The notes under the pieces were generated by a model, which was not told the origin of the DNA, searched no databases, and saw only the letters and a list, made by a program, of their open reading frames with translations. From positions 58,900,001 through 58,964,000 of the forward strand of contig OZ260662.1 in assembly GCA_965285935.1 (NCBI GenBank): 64,000 nt of DNA, read 5' to 3'. The position numbers and the translations under genes were made by a program. Shown piece after piece: positions 50,156-61,779 of the stretch. The stretch's first letter is position 1. Each line of letters starts with the position of its first letter. The stretch comes from Ophelia neglecta. Taxonomy: Eukaryota.

Positions 50156-51479
50156 ATGGTCAAAGGCTACCATATTCCCTTTAATGCTTCCCCAATACAA
50201 TTAAACCTGCCTACGAAAACGGTTTTTTGTGCACGGGAAATGACTTTGATTACAAATGAAGTACAGTCACCTTTAGAAAAAGGGGTTATAGAGAAATGTA
50301 GCAGAGAACCTTGGGATTTTGTCTCTAACATTTTTACTAGGGAGAAAAAAGATGGTTCGAGTAGGATTATCTTGAATGTTAAAAAACTGAACATGTATGT
50401 GGATCATACCCATTTCAAAATGAAGACGCTATTGACAGCAATAAGGTTAATGAAATCAGGATGTTTTATGGCATCAATTGATCTGAAAGATGCATACTAT
50501 TCTGTCCCTATTGCAGAAGAACATCAAAAGTATCTCAAATTTGAGTGGGAAGGACAATTCTTCCAATACACCGTTTTTCCAAACGGCCTAAGAAGCTGTC
50601 CTCGAGATTTTACCAAGTTGCTTCAGCCAGCTTATGCCGAATTACGCCGGCAAGCTAATCAATCTGTGGCATATATGGATGACTCATTTTTACAAGGTGA
50701 GCAAAAGGCTGACTGCCAGTTAAACGTGCTTCACACAGCTGAGATGATCTCATCCCTCGGTTTTATTATACACCCTGAAAAATCAGTACTTGTCCCAACT
50801 CAGATAATTGAGTTCCTGGGCTTCCTGTTGGACTCAATCAACATGGTAGTAAAACTGACCCCACACAAAGCTACTGTTGTAAAACAGGCATGTGAACATC
50901 TCATGTCAAAGAATCTTCCCACAATTAGGGAAGTTTGTGTGGTTATAGGCAAATTAGTGGCTAGCTTTCCTGGAGTACTAATGGGACCACTTCACTATAG
51001 AACAATAGAGACTGACAAAACTGCACCTTTGAAGCTAAACAAGGGGAACTTTGATGCCACCATGACTTTATCACAAGGGGCCATTTCTGATTTGCAGTGG
51101 TGGACTCAGCATGTTGAAACTGCTTTCAAACCAATTTCTCATGGTGAACCAGATGTTGTTCTCACCACAGATGCAAGCCTTAAAGCCTGGGAGTGCCTTT
51201 AATAAAACCAACTCAAATTCAGCCCAAGGGGAATGGTCAATTAATGAAGCATCGAGTCATATCAATGTTCTAGAACTAAAAGCAGCTCTTTTCGAACTGA
51301 AATGTCTCAGTGCTGTCTTGACAAATAAGCACATCAGACTTATGGTTGATAACATGACTGCTGTGGCTTACATTAGAGAGATGGGTGGGTGCAAATCCCA
51401 TGATTGTGATCTTATCAGCCTAGAAATCTGGCAGTGGGCTTCTAGAATCCTGTTTCTAGAAGCCTGTGGATCAGTGTAG
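50156..51479 (+). pseudogene. DIRS RT-RNaseH, unit 10 (frameshift near 51192)
   Basis: Split ORFs 50156-51202 and 51111-51479. Confidence 0.8.
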
Positions 51480-52793
51480 CCCGTATTGCTGGAAAATACA
51501 ACATTGAAGCTGATATATTATCCAGAAAGTTTGATCATGAAACAGAATGGATGTTAAACCCACAAATGTTTAGAAATGCAATCAATTTGTGCCAGTTAGA
51601 ACCTAAGATTGATCTCTTTGCCTTCTAGAATCAACTGTCAATTGCCTACTTTCTTAGCTTGGAAACCTCAGCCAAATGCTTCTGCAATTGATGCTTTCTC
51701 AATTAATTGGTCATTACTTGATTTTTACGCTTTTCCGCCTTTCTCTGTCATTTCTTTGGTTATACTAAAAGTCTTACATGAGAAAGCAACAGGAATCATT
51801 GTTATTCCCTACTGGCCGACTCAGGCCTGGTTCCCATCTGTCATACATCTGTTGTGTGATTTCCCAATTTTGCTTTCTAGGAGCCGGTCATTATTGACCC
51901 TGCCGAGCAATCCACACAAAACACATCTATTGCACAAGAAGCTAGATCTACTGATGTGCTACATATCGAGGCAAACATCCAAAGTCAGGGACTTTCAACA
52001 ACGGCTAGAAATCTCATTCAGGCATCATGGAGACCGTCCACGAAAAAACAATACATCCCCTACTTACGGCGGTGGGAAATTTATTGCCATCAGAGGAAAA
52101 TCAATAAAATTAAAAGTTCTGTGACTGATGGAATTAATTAACTTGGCTGAACTTTATAATACCGGAATTGGATAAAGTGCTATCAGCACCGCTCGTTCGG
52201 CACTATCAACAGTTCTGCCGACTGTGGACCGAATAACTTTTGGCAAAGACCCCAATGTGACAAGGCTTTTAAAAGGAGTCTTCAATAAAAGACCTTCTTT
52301 GCCAAGGTTTTCAGCAATTTTTGATGTCAACATCTTATGATTCATTTTAAAAATATACCACTTTACCTGATCCCACTCAAGGAACTTTCTACAAAATTAG
52401 TGATGCTGCTCGCTCTATTAACTGGCCAGCGTGTGCAGACTCTCGTGGCTATCAAAACGGACAAGCTAACTTGTAAATCTACAAAGTGTGTTATCACAAT
52501 TGATTCCGTATTAAAAACATCGAAGCCAGGGCGGCACATCAAGCCTATTGAGCTTTTGGCCTTTGAGGATGAAACATTGTCCCCTGTAAAGCATTTACAG
52601 AAATATCTTGATTCAACATCTTCACTAAGGGGGAATGAGACCAAACTATTGGTGATGAGGCTATTTTCAAGTTGAATGTTGATCAAATATTGCTGAATGC
52701 AATTAACAGTGTAAAGAAGTTTAAGGCTGGCCGGCTTAAGCACTTTGTAAACAAGTGGTAATCTCTAACAACTGATAAAGAGATCATTCAAAT

Positions 52794-54116
52794 ATGGTCA
52801 AAGGCTACCATATTCCCTTTAATGCTTCCCCAATACAATTAAACCTGCCTAAGAAAAAGGTTTTTTGTGCACGGGAAATGACTTTGATTACAAATGAAGT
52901 ACAGTCACCTTTAGAAAAAGGGGTTATAGAGAAATGTAGCAGAGAACCTTGGGATTTTGTCTCTAACATTTCTACTAGGGAGAAAAAAGATGGTTCGAGT
53001 AGGATTATCTTGAATGTTAAAAAACTGAACATGTATGTGGATCATACCCATTTCAAAATGAAGACGCTATTGACAGCAATAAGGTTAATGAAATCAGGAT
53101 GTTTTATGGCATCAATTGATCTGAAAGATGCATACTATTCTGTCCCTATTGCAGAAGAACATCAAAAGTATCTCAAATTTGAGTGGGAAGGACAATTCTT
53201 CCAATACACCGTTTTTCCAAACGGCCTAAGAAGCTGTCCTCGAGATTTTACCAAGTTGCTTAAGCCAGCTTATGCCGAATTACGCCGGCTAGCGAATCAA
53301 TCTGTGGCATATATGGATGACTCATTTTTACAAGGTGAGCAAAAGGCTGACTGCCAGTTAAACGTGCTTCACACAGCTGAAATGATCTCATCCCTCGGTT
53401 TTATTATACACCCTGAAAAATCAGTACTTGTCCCAACTCAGATAATTGAGTTCCTGGGCTTCCTGTTGGACTCAATCAACATGGTAGTAAAACTGACCCC
53501 ACACAAAGCTACTGTTGTAAAACAGGCATGTGAACATCTCATGTCAAAGAATCTTCCCACAATTAGGGAAGTTTGTGTGGTTATAGGCAAATTAGTGGCT
53601 AGCTTTCCTGGAGTACTAATGGGACCACTTCACTATAGAACAATAGAGACTGACAAAACTGCACCTTTGAAGCTAAACAAGGGGAACTTTGATGCCACCA
53701 TGACTTTATCACAAGGGGCCATTTCTGATTTGCAGTGGTGGACTCAGCATGTTGAAACTGCTTTCAAACCAATTTCTCATGGTGAACCAGATGTTGTTCT
53801 CACCACAGATGCAAGCCTTAAAGCCTGGGGTGCCTTTAATAAAACCAACTCACATTCAGCCCAAGGGGAATGGTCAATTAATGAAGCATCGAGTCATATC
53901 AATGTTCTAGAACTAAAAGCAGCTCTTTTCGAACTGAAATCTCTCAGTGCTGTCTTGACAAATAAGCACATCAGACTTATGGTTGATAACATGACTGCTG
54001 TGGCTTACATTAGAGAGATGGGTGGGTGCAAATCCCATGATTGTGATCTTATCAGCCTAGAAATCTGGCAGTGGGCTTCTAGAAGCCTGTTTCTAGAAGC
54101 CTGTGGATCAGTGTAG
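52794..54116 (+). CDS. DIRS RT-RNaseH ORF, unit 11
   Basis: Same motifs as unit 1. Confidence 0.8.
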   Translation: MVKGYHIPFNASPIQLNLPKKKVFCAREMTLITNEVQSPLEKGVIEKCSREPWDFVSNISTREKKDGSSRIILNVKKLNMYVDHTHFKMKTLLTAIRLMKSGCFMASIDLKDAYYSVPIAEEHQKYLKFEWEGQFFQYTVFPNGLRSCPRDFTKLLKPAYAELRRLANQSVAYMDDSFLQGEQKADCQLNVLHTAEMISSLGFIIHPEKSVLVPTQIIEFLGFLLDSINMVVKLTPHKATVVKQACEHLMSKNLPTIREVCVVIGKLVASFPGVLMGPLHYRTIETDKTAPLKLNKGNFDATMTLSQGAISDLQWWTQHVETAFKPISHGEPDVVLTTDASLKAWGAFNKTNSHSAQGEWSINEASSHINVLELKAALFELKSLSAVLTNKHIRLMVDNMTAVAYIREMGGCKSHDCDLISLEIWQWASRSLFLEACGSV

Positions 54117-55415
54117 CCTGTATTGCTGGAAAAGACAACATTGAAGCTGATATATTATCCAGAAAGTTTGATCATGAAACAGAATGGATGTTAAACCCAC
54201 AAATGTTTAGAAATGCAATCAATTTGTGCCAGTTAGAACCTAAGATTGTTCTCTTTGCCTTCTAGAATCAACTGTCAATTGCCTACTTTCTTAGCTTGGA
54301 AACCTCAGCCAAATGCTTTTGCAATTGATGCTTTCTCAATTAATTGGTCATTACTTGATTTTTACGCTTTTCCGCCTTTCTCTGTCATTTCTTTGGTTAT
54401 ACTAAAAGTCTTACATGAGAAAGCAACAGGAATCATTGTTATTCCCTACTGGCCGACTCAGGCCTGGTTCCCATCTGTCATACATCTGTTGTGTGATTTC
54501 CCAATTTTGCTTTCTAGGAGCCGGTCATTATTGACCCTGCCGAGCAATCCACACAAAACACATCTATTGCACAAGAAGCTAGATCTACTGATGTGCTACA
54601 TATCGAGGCAAACATCCAAAGTCAGGGACTTTCAACAACGGCTAGAAATCTCATTCAGGCATCATGGAGACCGTCCACGAAAAAACAATACATCCCCTAC
54701 TTACGGCGGTGGGAAATTTATTGCCATCAGAGGAAAATCAATAAAATTAAAAGTTCTGTGACTGATGGAATTAATTAACTTGGCTGAACTTTATAATACC
54801 GGAATTGGATAAAGTGCTATCAGCACCGCTCGTTCGGCACTATCAACAGTTCTGCCGACTGTGGACCGAATAACTTTTGGCAAAGACCCCAATGTGACAA
54901 GGCTTTTAAAAGGAGTCTTCAATAAAAGACCTTCTTTGCCAAGGTTTTCAGCAATTTTTGATGTCAACATCTTATGATTCATTTTAAAAATATACCACTT
55001 TACCTGATCCCACTCAAGGAACTTTCTACAAAATTAGTGATGCTGCTCGCTCTATTAACTGGCCAGCGTGTGCAGACTCTCGTGGCTATCAAAACGGACA
55101 AGCTAACTTGTAAACCTACAAAGTGTGTTATCACAATTGATTCCGTATTAAAAACATCGAAGCCAGGGCGGCACATCAAGCCTATTGAGCTTTTGGCCTT
55201 TGAGGATGAAACATTGTCCCCTGTAAAGCATTTACAGAAACATCTTCACTAATGGGGAATGAGACCAAACTATTGGTGATGAGGCTATTTTCAAGTTGAA
55301 TGTTGATCAAATATTGCTGAATGCAATTGACAGTGTAAAGAAGTTTAAGGCTGGCCGGCTTAAGCACTTTGTAAACAAGTGGTAATCTCTAACAACTGAT
55401 AAAGAGATCATTCAA

Positions 55416-56714
55416 ATGGTCAAAGGCTACCATATTCCCTTTAATGCTTCCCCAATACAATTAAACCTGCCTAAGAAAACGGTTTTTTGTGCACGGGAAA
55501 TGACTTTGATTACAAATGAAGTACAGTCACTTTAGAAAAAGGGGTTATAGAGAAATGTAGAAGAGAACCTTGGGATTTTGTCTCTAACATTTTTACTAGG
55601 GAGAAAAAAGATGTTTCGAGTAGGATTATCTTGAATGTTAAAAAACTGAACATGTATGTGGATCATACCCATTTCAAAATGAAGACGCTATTGACAGCAA
55701 TAAGGTTAATGCAATCAGGATGTTTTATGGCATCAATTGATCTGAAAGATGCATACTATTCTGTCCCTATTGCAGAAGAACATCAAAAGTATCTCAAATT
55801 TGAGTGGGAAGGACAATTCTTCCAATACACCGTTTTTCCAAACGGCCTAAGAAGCTGTCCTCGAGATTTTACCAAGTTGCTTAAAGCCAGCTTATGCCGA
55901 ATTACGCCGGCAAGCGAATCAATCTGTGGCATATATGGATGACTCATTTTTACAAGGTGAGCAAAAGGCTGACTGCCAGTTAAACGTGCTTCACACAGCT
56001 GAGATGATCTCATCCCTCGGTTTTATTATACACCCTGAAAAATCAGTACTTGTCCCAACTCAGATAATTGAGTTCCTGGGCTTCCTGTTGGACTCAATCA
56101 ACATGGTTGTAAAACTGACCCCACACAAAGCTACTGTTGTAAAACAGGCATGTGAACATCTCATGTCAAAGAATCTTCCCACAATTAGGGAAGTTTGTGT
56201 GGTTATAGGCAAATTAGTGGCTAGCTTTCCTGGAGTACTAATGGGACCACTTCACTATAGAACAATAGAGACTGACAAAACTGCAGCTTTGAAGCTAAAC
56301 AAGGGGAACTTTGATGCTACCATGACTTTATCACAAGGGGCCATTTCTGATTTGCAGTGGTGGACTCAGCATGTTGAAACTGCTTTCAAACCAATTTCTC
56401 ATGGTGAACCAGATGTTGTTCTCACCACAGATGCAAGCCTTAAAGCCTGGGGTGCCTTTAATAAAACCAACTCACATTCAGCCCAAGGGGAATGGTCAAT
56501 TAATGAAGCATCGAGTCATATCAATGTTCTAGAACTAAAAGCAGCTCTTTTCGAACTGAAATCTCTCAGTGCTGTCATGACAAATAAGCACATCAGACTT
56601 ATGGTTGATAACATTACTGCTGTGGCTTACATTAGAGAGATGGGTGGGTGCAAATCCCATGATTGTGATCTTATCAGCCTAGAAATTCTTTTAGAAGCCT
56701 GTGGATCAGTGTAG
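55416..56714 (+). pseudogene. DIRS RT-RNaseH, unit 12 (most diverged, several frameshifts)
   Basis: Split ORFs 55631-55942 and 55926-56714. Confidence 0.8.
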
Positions 56715-57184
56715 CCCGTATTGCTGGAAAAGACAACATTGAAGCTGATATATTATCCAGAAAGTTTGATCATGAAACAGAATGGATGTTAAACCCACAA
56801 ATGTTTAGAAATGCAATCAATTTGTGCCAGTTAGAACCTAAGATTGATCTCTTTGCCTTCTAGAATCAACTGTCAATTGCCTACTTTCTTAGCTTGGAAA
56901 CCTCAGCCAAATGCTTTTGCAATTGATGCTTTCTCTATTAATTGGTCATTACTTGATTTTTACGCTTTTCCGCCTTTCTCTGTCATTTCTTTGGTTATAC
57001 TAAAAGTCTTACATGAGAAAGCAACAGGAATCATTGTTATTCCCTACTGGCCGACTCAGGCCTGGTTCCCATCTGTCATACATCTGTTGTGTGATTTCCC
57101 AATTTTGCTTTCTAGGAGCCGGTCATTATTGACCCTGCCGAGCAATCCACACAAAACACATCTATTGCACAAGAAGCTAGATCT

Positions 57185-58128
57185 CACGAGGCAAACATCC
57201 AAAGTCAGGGACTTTCAACAACGGCTAGAATTCTTATTCAGGCATCATGGAGACCGTCCACGAAAAAAACAATACATCCCCTACTTACGGCGGTGGGAAA
57301 TTTATAGCCATCAGAGGAAAATCAATAAAATTAAAAGTTCTGTGACTGATGGAATTAATTAACTTGGCTGAACTTTATAATACCGCTCGTTCGGCACTAT
57401 CAACAGTTCTGCCGACTGTGGACCGAATAACTTTTGGCAAAGACCCCAATGTGACAAGGCTTTTAAAAGGAGTCTTCAATAAAAGACCTTCTTTGCCAAG
57501 GTTTTCAACAATTTTTGATGTCAACATCTTATGATTCATTCTAAAAATATACCACTTTGCCTGATCCCACTCAAGGAACTTTCTACAAAATTAGTGATGC
57601 TGCTCGCTCTATTAACTGGCCAGCGTGTGCAGACTCTCGTGGCTATCAAAACGGACAAGCTAACTTGTAAACCTACAAAGTGTGTTATCACAATTGATTC
57701 CGTATTAAAAACATCGAAGCCAGGGCGGCACATCAAGCCTATTGAGCTTTTGGCCTTTGAGGATGAAACATTGTCCCCTGTAAAGCATTTACAGAAATAT
57801 CTTGATTCAACATCTTCACTAAGGGGGAATGAGACCCAACTATTTATAAGTCACTGTAAGCCACATTTGCCAGTTAAAATTGACACTATCCGCAGATGGA
57901 TTGTTTCTATCATGGCTGAAGCCGGAATAGACACTAATGTGTATTCAGCCCATAGCAGCCGAGCTGCTAGCACGTCTAAAGCAGCAAAACATGGGGTTGC
58001 CAGTTGACTCAATCCTGTCCTGTGTAGGCTGGAGTAAAGCAACAACTTTTGCAAAGTTTTATCATAAAGACATAACTGTCAGTCCTGAAAATACACTAAG
58101 CTCCCATATTTTAAATGGGTGTTATTGA
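57185..58128 (+). pseudogene. DIRS tyrosine recombinase; the only copy with the catalytic C-terminus (frameshifted)
   Basis: LALLTGQRVQ (R), KTSKPG (K), AHSSRAAS (HxxR), GWSKATTFAKFYHK (W, Y). Confidence 0.9.
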
Positions 58129-58340
58129 ATGTCGATTGCTTTTTGGATATCATTTTTTCCTTCATATAAGAGGTGTATTACACTTAGTTTACATGATAAA
58201 CAGATTGCTTATTGATAGTTGATATATACAAGCTCTTTACCCTTATTTAAGTTTGTGTTGTTGTTCTTATCAAATAACGTTAAATTTTTGGCATTGAATG
58301 CTCTGGTACACCTCATGCTAACCTTAGCTTTCAAATCTTT

Positions 58341-58470
58341 GTGTAATTACTAGAGTGACGTATACTGGGGAGGTGGGATAGAATTACAAAATTAAACGAG
58401 ACTTACCTGTAAGTCGAAGTTTGATTGGGATTCTATCGAATCTCCTCAGTCAGGAACGAGTAATCACACG
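58341..58470 (+). repeat. DIRS internal complementary region (ICR)
   Basis: 5' half is complementary to the left end and 3' half to the right extension 58582-58670; the halves overlap at AATT 58382-58385. Confidence 0.92.
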
Positions 58471-58554
58471 CCCTCCCTGTGAGTTCCCCTACCCAGGTAG
58501 ATTACTTGTTCCTGACCATAAAATTTTAAGGTTAACATTCGGTCCTTTTCAATC

Positions 58555-58670
58555 ATGATGATGCTCAACTGCTGTGATCTTCGTGTGATTATTCGTTCCT
58601 GACTGAGGAGATTCGTTAGAATCCCAATCAAACTTCGACTTACAGGTAAGTCTCGTATAATTTTGTAATT
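58555..58670 (+). repeat. DIRS right ITR and right extension
   Basis: ATGATGATGCTCAACTGCTGTGATCTTCGTGTGATTA is the reverse complement of 14440-14476 with 1 mismatch. Confidence 0.92.
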
Positions 58671-59115
58671 ATTTGTTCTTGTGTTTAGATTACTTCGGCC
58701 GCATAAGTATATGGCATGATTTTTCTATATTCCTGATGTCTGACTGTTTCCCACCGGGCCGGTGTTTTCGTTTCTGTTTTTGTTTAAAATAACACTCCTT
58801 TCTATGTTTCTATTAATTGTTTTATGTATATCTTTACCTTGGTTTCTATGGTAACCATGTCTGTGTGCTAATTGTAACCTTTGAAGCTATATATACCGTG
58901 ATTACTACATCAATGTATCTCTTGAATGTGAGTGTTTTTTGTTGCCTTGATTTGTCTGTGATCCGTTTGCCAATTATGCACGTGATACCGGGTGATGCAA
59001 TGTGCGTCATGTATACATTTAGAACTTGAATTGAAATAAACGCCTGAAGAAGTCCAGATGGACGAAATATCGCAAATTGGATTTTATCTGTGTCTTATTT
59101 AATTTTTCTCTATAA
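58671..59115 (+). mobile_element. Penelope family C, 3' half (3'UTR + pLTR) of the DIRS-split copy
   Basis: Collinear with 62932-63375. Confidence 0.9.
59042..59073 (+). ncRNA. Minimal hammerhead ribozyme, family C
   Basis: GC-CTGAAGA-A-GTCC-AGAT-GGAC-GAAATATC-GC. Confidence 0.75.
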
Positions 59116-59127
59116 ATGACAATAATC

Positions 59128-61205
59128 ACAAACCCACAATCGCCTACCGACGAGGCCCAACAATTGGCAAAGCAGAGATCAACACCTTAATTCACCAGAG
59201 CACAGTCGATGACATCAAAGGCACCTTCCCCTGTGACACACCATGCCAAACATGCTTTCATACCAACCCAAACCCTCTCATAAATGGACCGAAAGGGCAT
59301 ATTACAGCTAAAGAACGTTTCTCGTGTGAATCGAAAGCAGTTATGTACGCCATATCTTGTGAGCTATGTGGCCAAATTTACATTGGCGAGACTGGTCAGC
59401 GCCTAGCAGACAGATTCGCCCAACATCGCAATCTGAAGAGAGATATATGTAGGTTCTCTGTGCACACCCTAATTATGCAATAAAATGAAGTAAAAAGATG
59501 TCCAACGGGTGTTAAAACTTTAATAGACCGACGTTTCGGCTGATGCAGCCTTCCTCAAGGTACAAAAAAGGCTCATTTTGATTTTTTGTACCTTGAGGAA
59601 GGCTGCATCAGCCGAAACGTCGGTCTATTAAAGTTTTAACACCCGTTGGACATCTTTTTACTTCATTTTATCGCAATCTGGTCGAGAGATTAATCAATGA
59701 TCCGAGTAGCGTAAAAAATTCAACGAAAATGCCAGACATTTTGCTGAACCTGGACATAGCACTGATGACGTGAGAGTGGGGGCAATTTGTACCGTCGATG
59801 ACAAGGAAGGATCGCTTCACAAAGGAGCAAGAAGTTATCGGACTCCTGGGAGCTTATCGTGGAGAGGCATTAAGCACGCTTTTTCGCTACGTGAATCTAG
59901 TAAAAGACAATATTTGATTCATTTTACATTCATATCTATATATATTGTACAGTAATCTATGCTGGTATTGTGTTTGCATGGCCTATCTGCTATCTTGCCG
60001 CATTTACGCACGTGCCTTTCTATGACGCAATAATTTGACGTAATTTCCTACGTGTATATCAACATTTATCGATATTTTAAATATTTTGACATTAGAAATT
60101 TGTAATCCCTGAAGAAGGCTGAAGCAGCCGACAGCTTGGAATAAAGCAATTCTATTTACACCTGTTTCGGATCTTCATCCTTACCATGCACCATATCAAA
60201 TACAAGTTCCTACAAACAACTCAGCAAGGACTATACTAGGACTCATCAACTACGCCATTCTCCAGAAAGACCCTCTTGTCGGTAAAGCCTTTCAAATTAA
60301 ACCCACAATCGCCTACCGACGAGGCCCAACAATTGGCAAAGCAGAGATCAACACCTAAATTCACCAGAGCACAGACCATGACATCAAAGGCACCTTCCCC
60401 TGTGACACACCATGCAAAACATGCTTCCATACCAATTCAAGGCCTCTCATTAATGGACCGAAAGGACATATTACAGCTAAAGAACGTTTCTCGTGTGAAT
60501 CGAAAGCAGTTGCTTACGCCATATCTTGTGAGCTATGTGGCCAAATTTACATTGGCGAGACTGGTCGGCGCCAAGCAGACAGATTCGCCCAACATCGCAA
60601 TCTGGTCGAGAGATTAATCAATGATCCATGTAAGCTAAAAAATTCAACGAAAATTGCCAGACATTTTGCTGAACCTGGTCATAGCGCTGAAGACATGAGA
60701 GTGGGGGCAATTTATACCGTCGATGACAGGAAGGATCGCTTCAGTAGTTAAATATAAATCCTGAGCTTTCCCTGTGTCGCTTCACCAAGGAGCAAGAAGT
60801 TTTCGGACTCTTGGGAGCTTATCGTGGAGAGGCATTAAGCACGCTTTTTCGCTACGTGAATCTAGTAAAAGACAATATTTGATTCATTTTACATTCATAT
60901 CTATATATATTGTACGGTAATCTATGCTGGTATTGTGTTTGCATGGCCTATCTACTATCTTGCCGCATTTACTCACGTGCCTTTCTATGACGCAATAATT
61001 TGACGTAATTTCCTACGTGTATATCAACATTAATCGTTATTTTAAATATTTTTGACATTAGAAGATTTGTAATCCCTGAAGAAGGCTGAAGCAGCCGATA
61101 GCTTGGAATAAAGCAATTCTATTTACACCTGTTTCGTATCTTCATCCTTACCATGCACCATTTTTAGTACAGGTGTGCACAGCAGACATCTTCTTCTTCT
61201 TTTAT
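59128..61205 (+). mobile_element. Two tandem family A internally deleted copies ending in pLTR+tail
   Basis: Same organisation as 3550-4480; hammerheads at 60106 and 61073. Confidence 0.85.
59435..59671. mobile_element. Family B mini-element: tail+pLTR (minus) and inverted pLTR (plus), forming a 90-bp inverted repeat
   Basis: Arms 59480-59569 and 59582-59671; TSD ATCGCAATCTG at 59425-59435 and 59670-59680. Confidence 0.9.
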
Positions 61206-61376
61206 AAGGTCATTGCTCTTTTTTTTTATATTGCTATTTTACTTAGATATTTCCCAATTGAAATACGGAAAAGGTGCTATAATAGTATAGCCCTTTTTGG
61301 CTGCACCCATACTTTGCTACATAATCACAAAAATGTGTTGCAAAAAGCCCTTTAACTACAAAGACCCCTTTGTTGT

Positions 61377-61493
61377 AATAAAATGAAGTAAAAAGTTGTC
61401 CAACGGGTCTTTTAACTTTAATAGACCGACGTTTCGGCTGATGCAGCCTTCCACAAGGTACAAAAAAAAATGTTTATTTTGATTTTTTTGTAA
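61377..61493 (-). mobile_element. Diverged family B pLTR fragment
   Basis: Matches 15399-15490 with several substitutions, including the hammerhead core (TTGTGGA). Confidence 0.75.
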
Positions 61494-61779
61494 CTATAGG
61501 GAGGCCGTGTCATATTAGAGTATATGTTTGAATTCAAAAACCATCCTTTTTTAACTAGTGAAAAGAACAACAGGAAAACATTGTTCAAGTGTGCACAAGA
61601 TAGATAACATTGCAATAAATTTCCCTTTATTTCAAATTTACTAGCTTTAGTAGATGAAACATCTATGTCAGCCTTTTTGCCATCATCATCTATCTCACGA
61701 AACCGTTAATATAGCCTATGCTCAAAAGGTATGCAGAAGTTTAACTCCTTACAAATTAATCTATATCTTCTACGTCTTG

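Larger units (their letters stand above)
24346..57844 (+). repeat. Tandem array of 12 DIRS internal units (base ~2634 bp; +104 bp with hammerhead insert; +274 bp per sub-duplication)
   Basis: Units start at about 24346, 27088, 30270, 33179, 36087, 38720, 41458, 44199, 47106, 50013, 52651 and 55275; constant junction AAACTATT|GGTGATGAGG. Confidence 0.97.
14404..58670 (+). mobile_element. DIRS1-type tyrosine recombinase retrotransposon, expanded to 44 kb by nested insertions and internal tandem amplification
   Basis: gag, RT/RNaseH, MT and YR in DIRS order; left end, ICR, right ITR and right extension mutually complementary; flanks rejoin into the empty site at 62920-62940. Confidence 0.95.

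Noticed and set aside
24346-57844. Prokaryotic RT system (retron, DGR, CRISPR-RT) or integron-like array
   Set aside because: Domain order and ITR/ICR are those of a eukaryotic DIRS1; units are near-identical, with no spacers or variable cassettes
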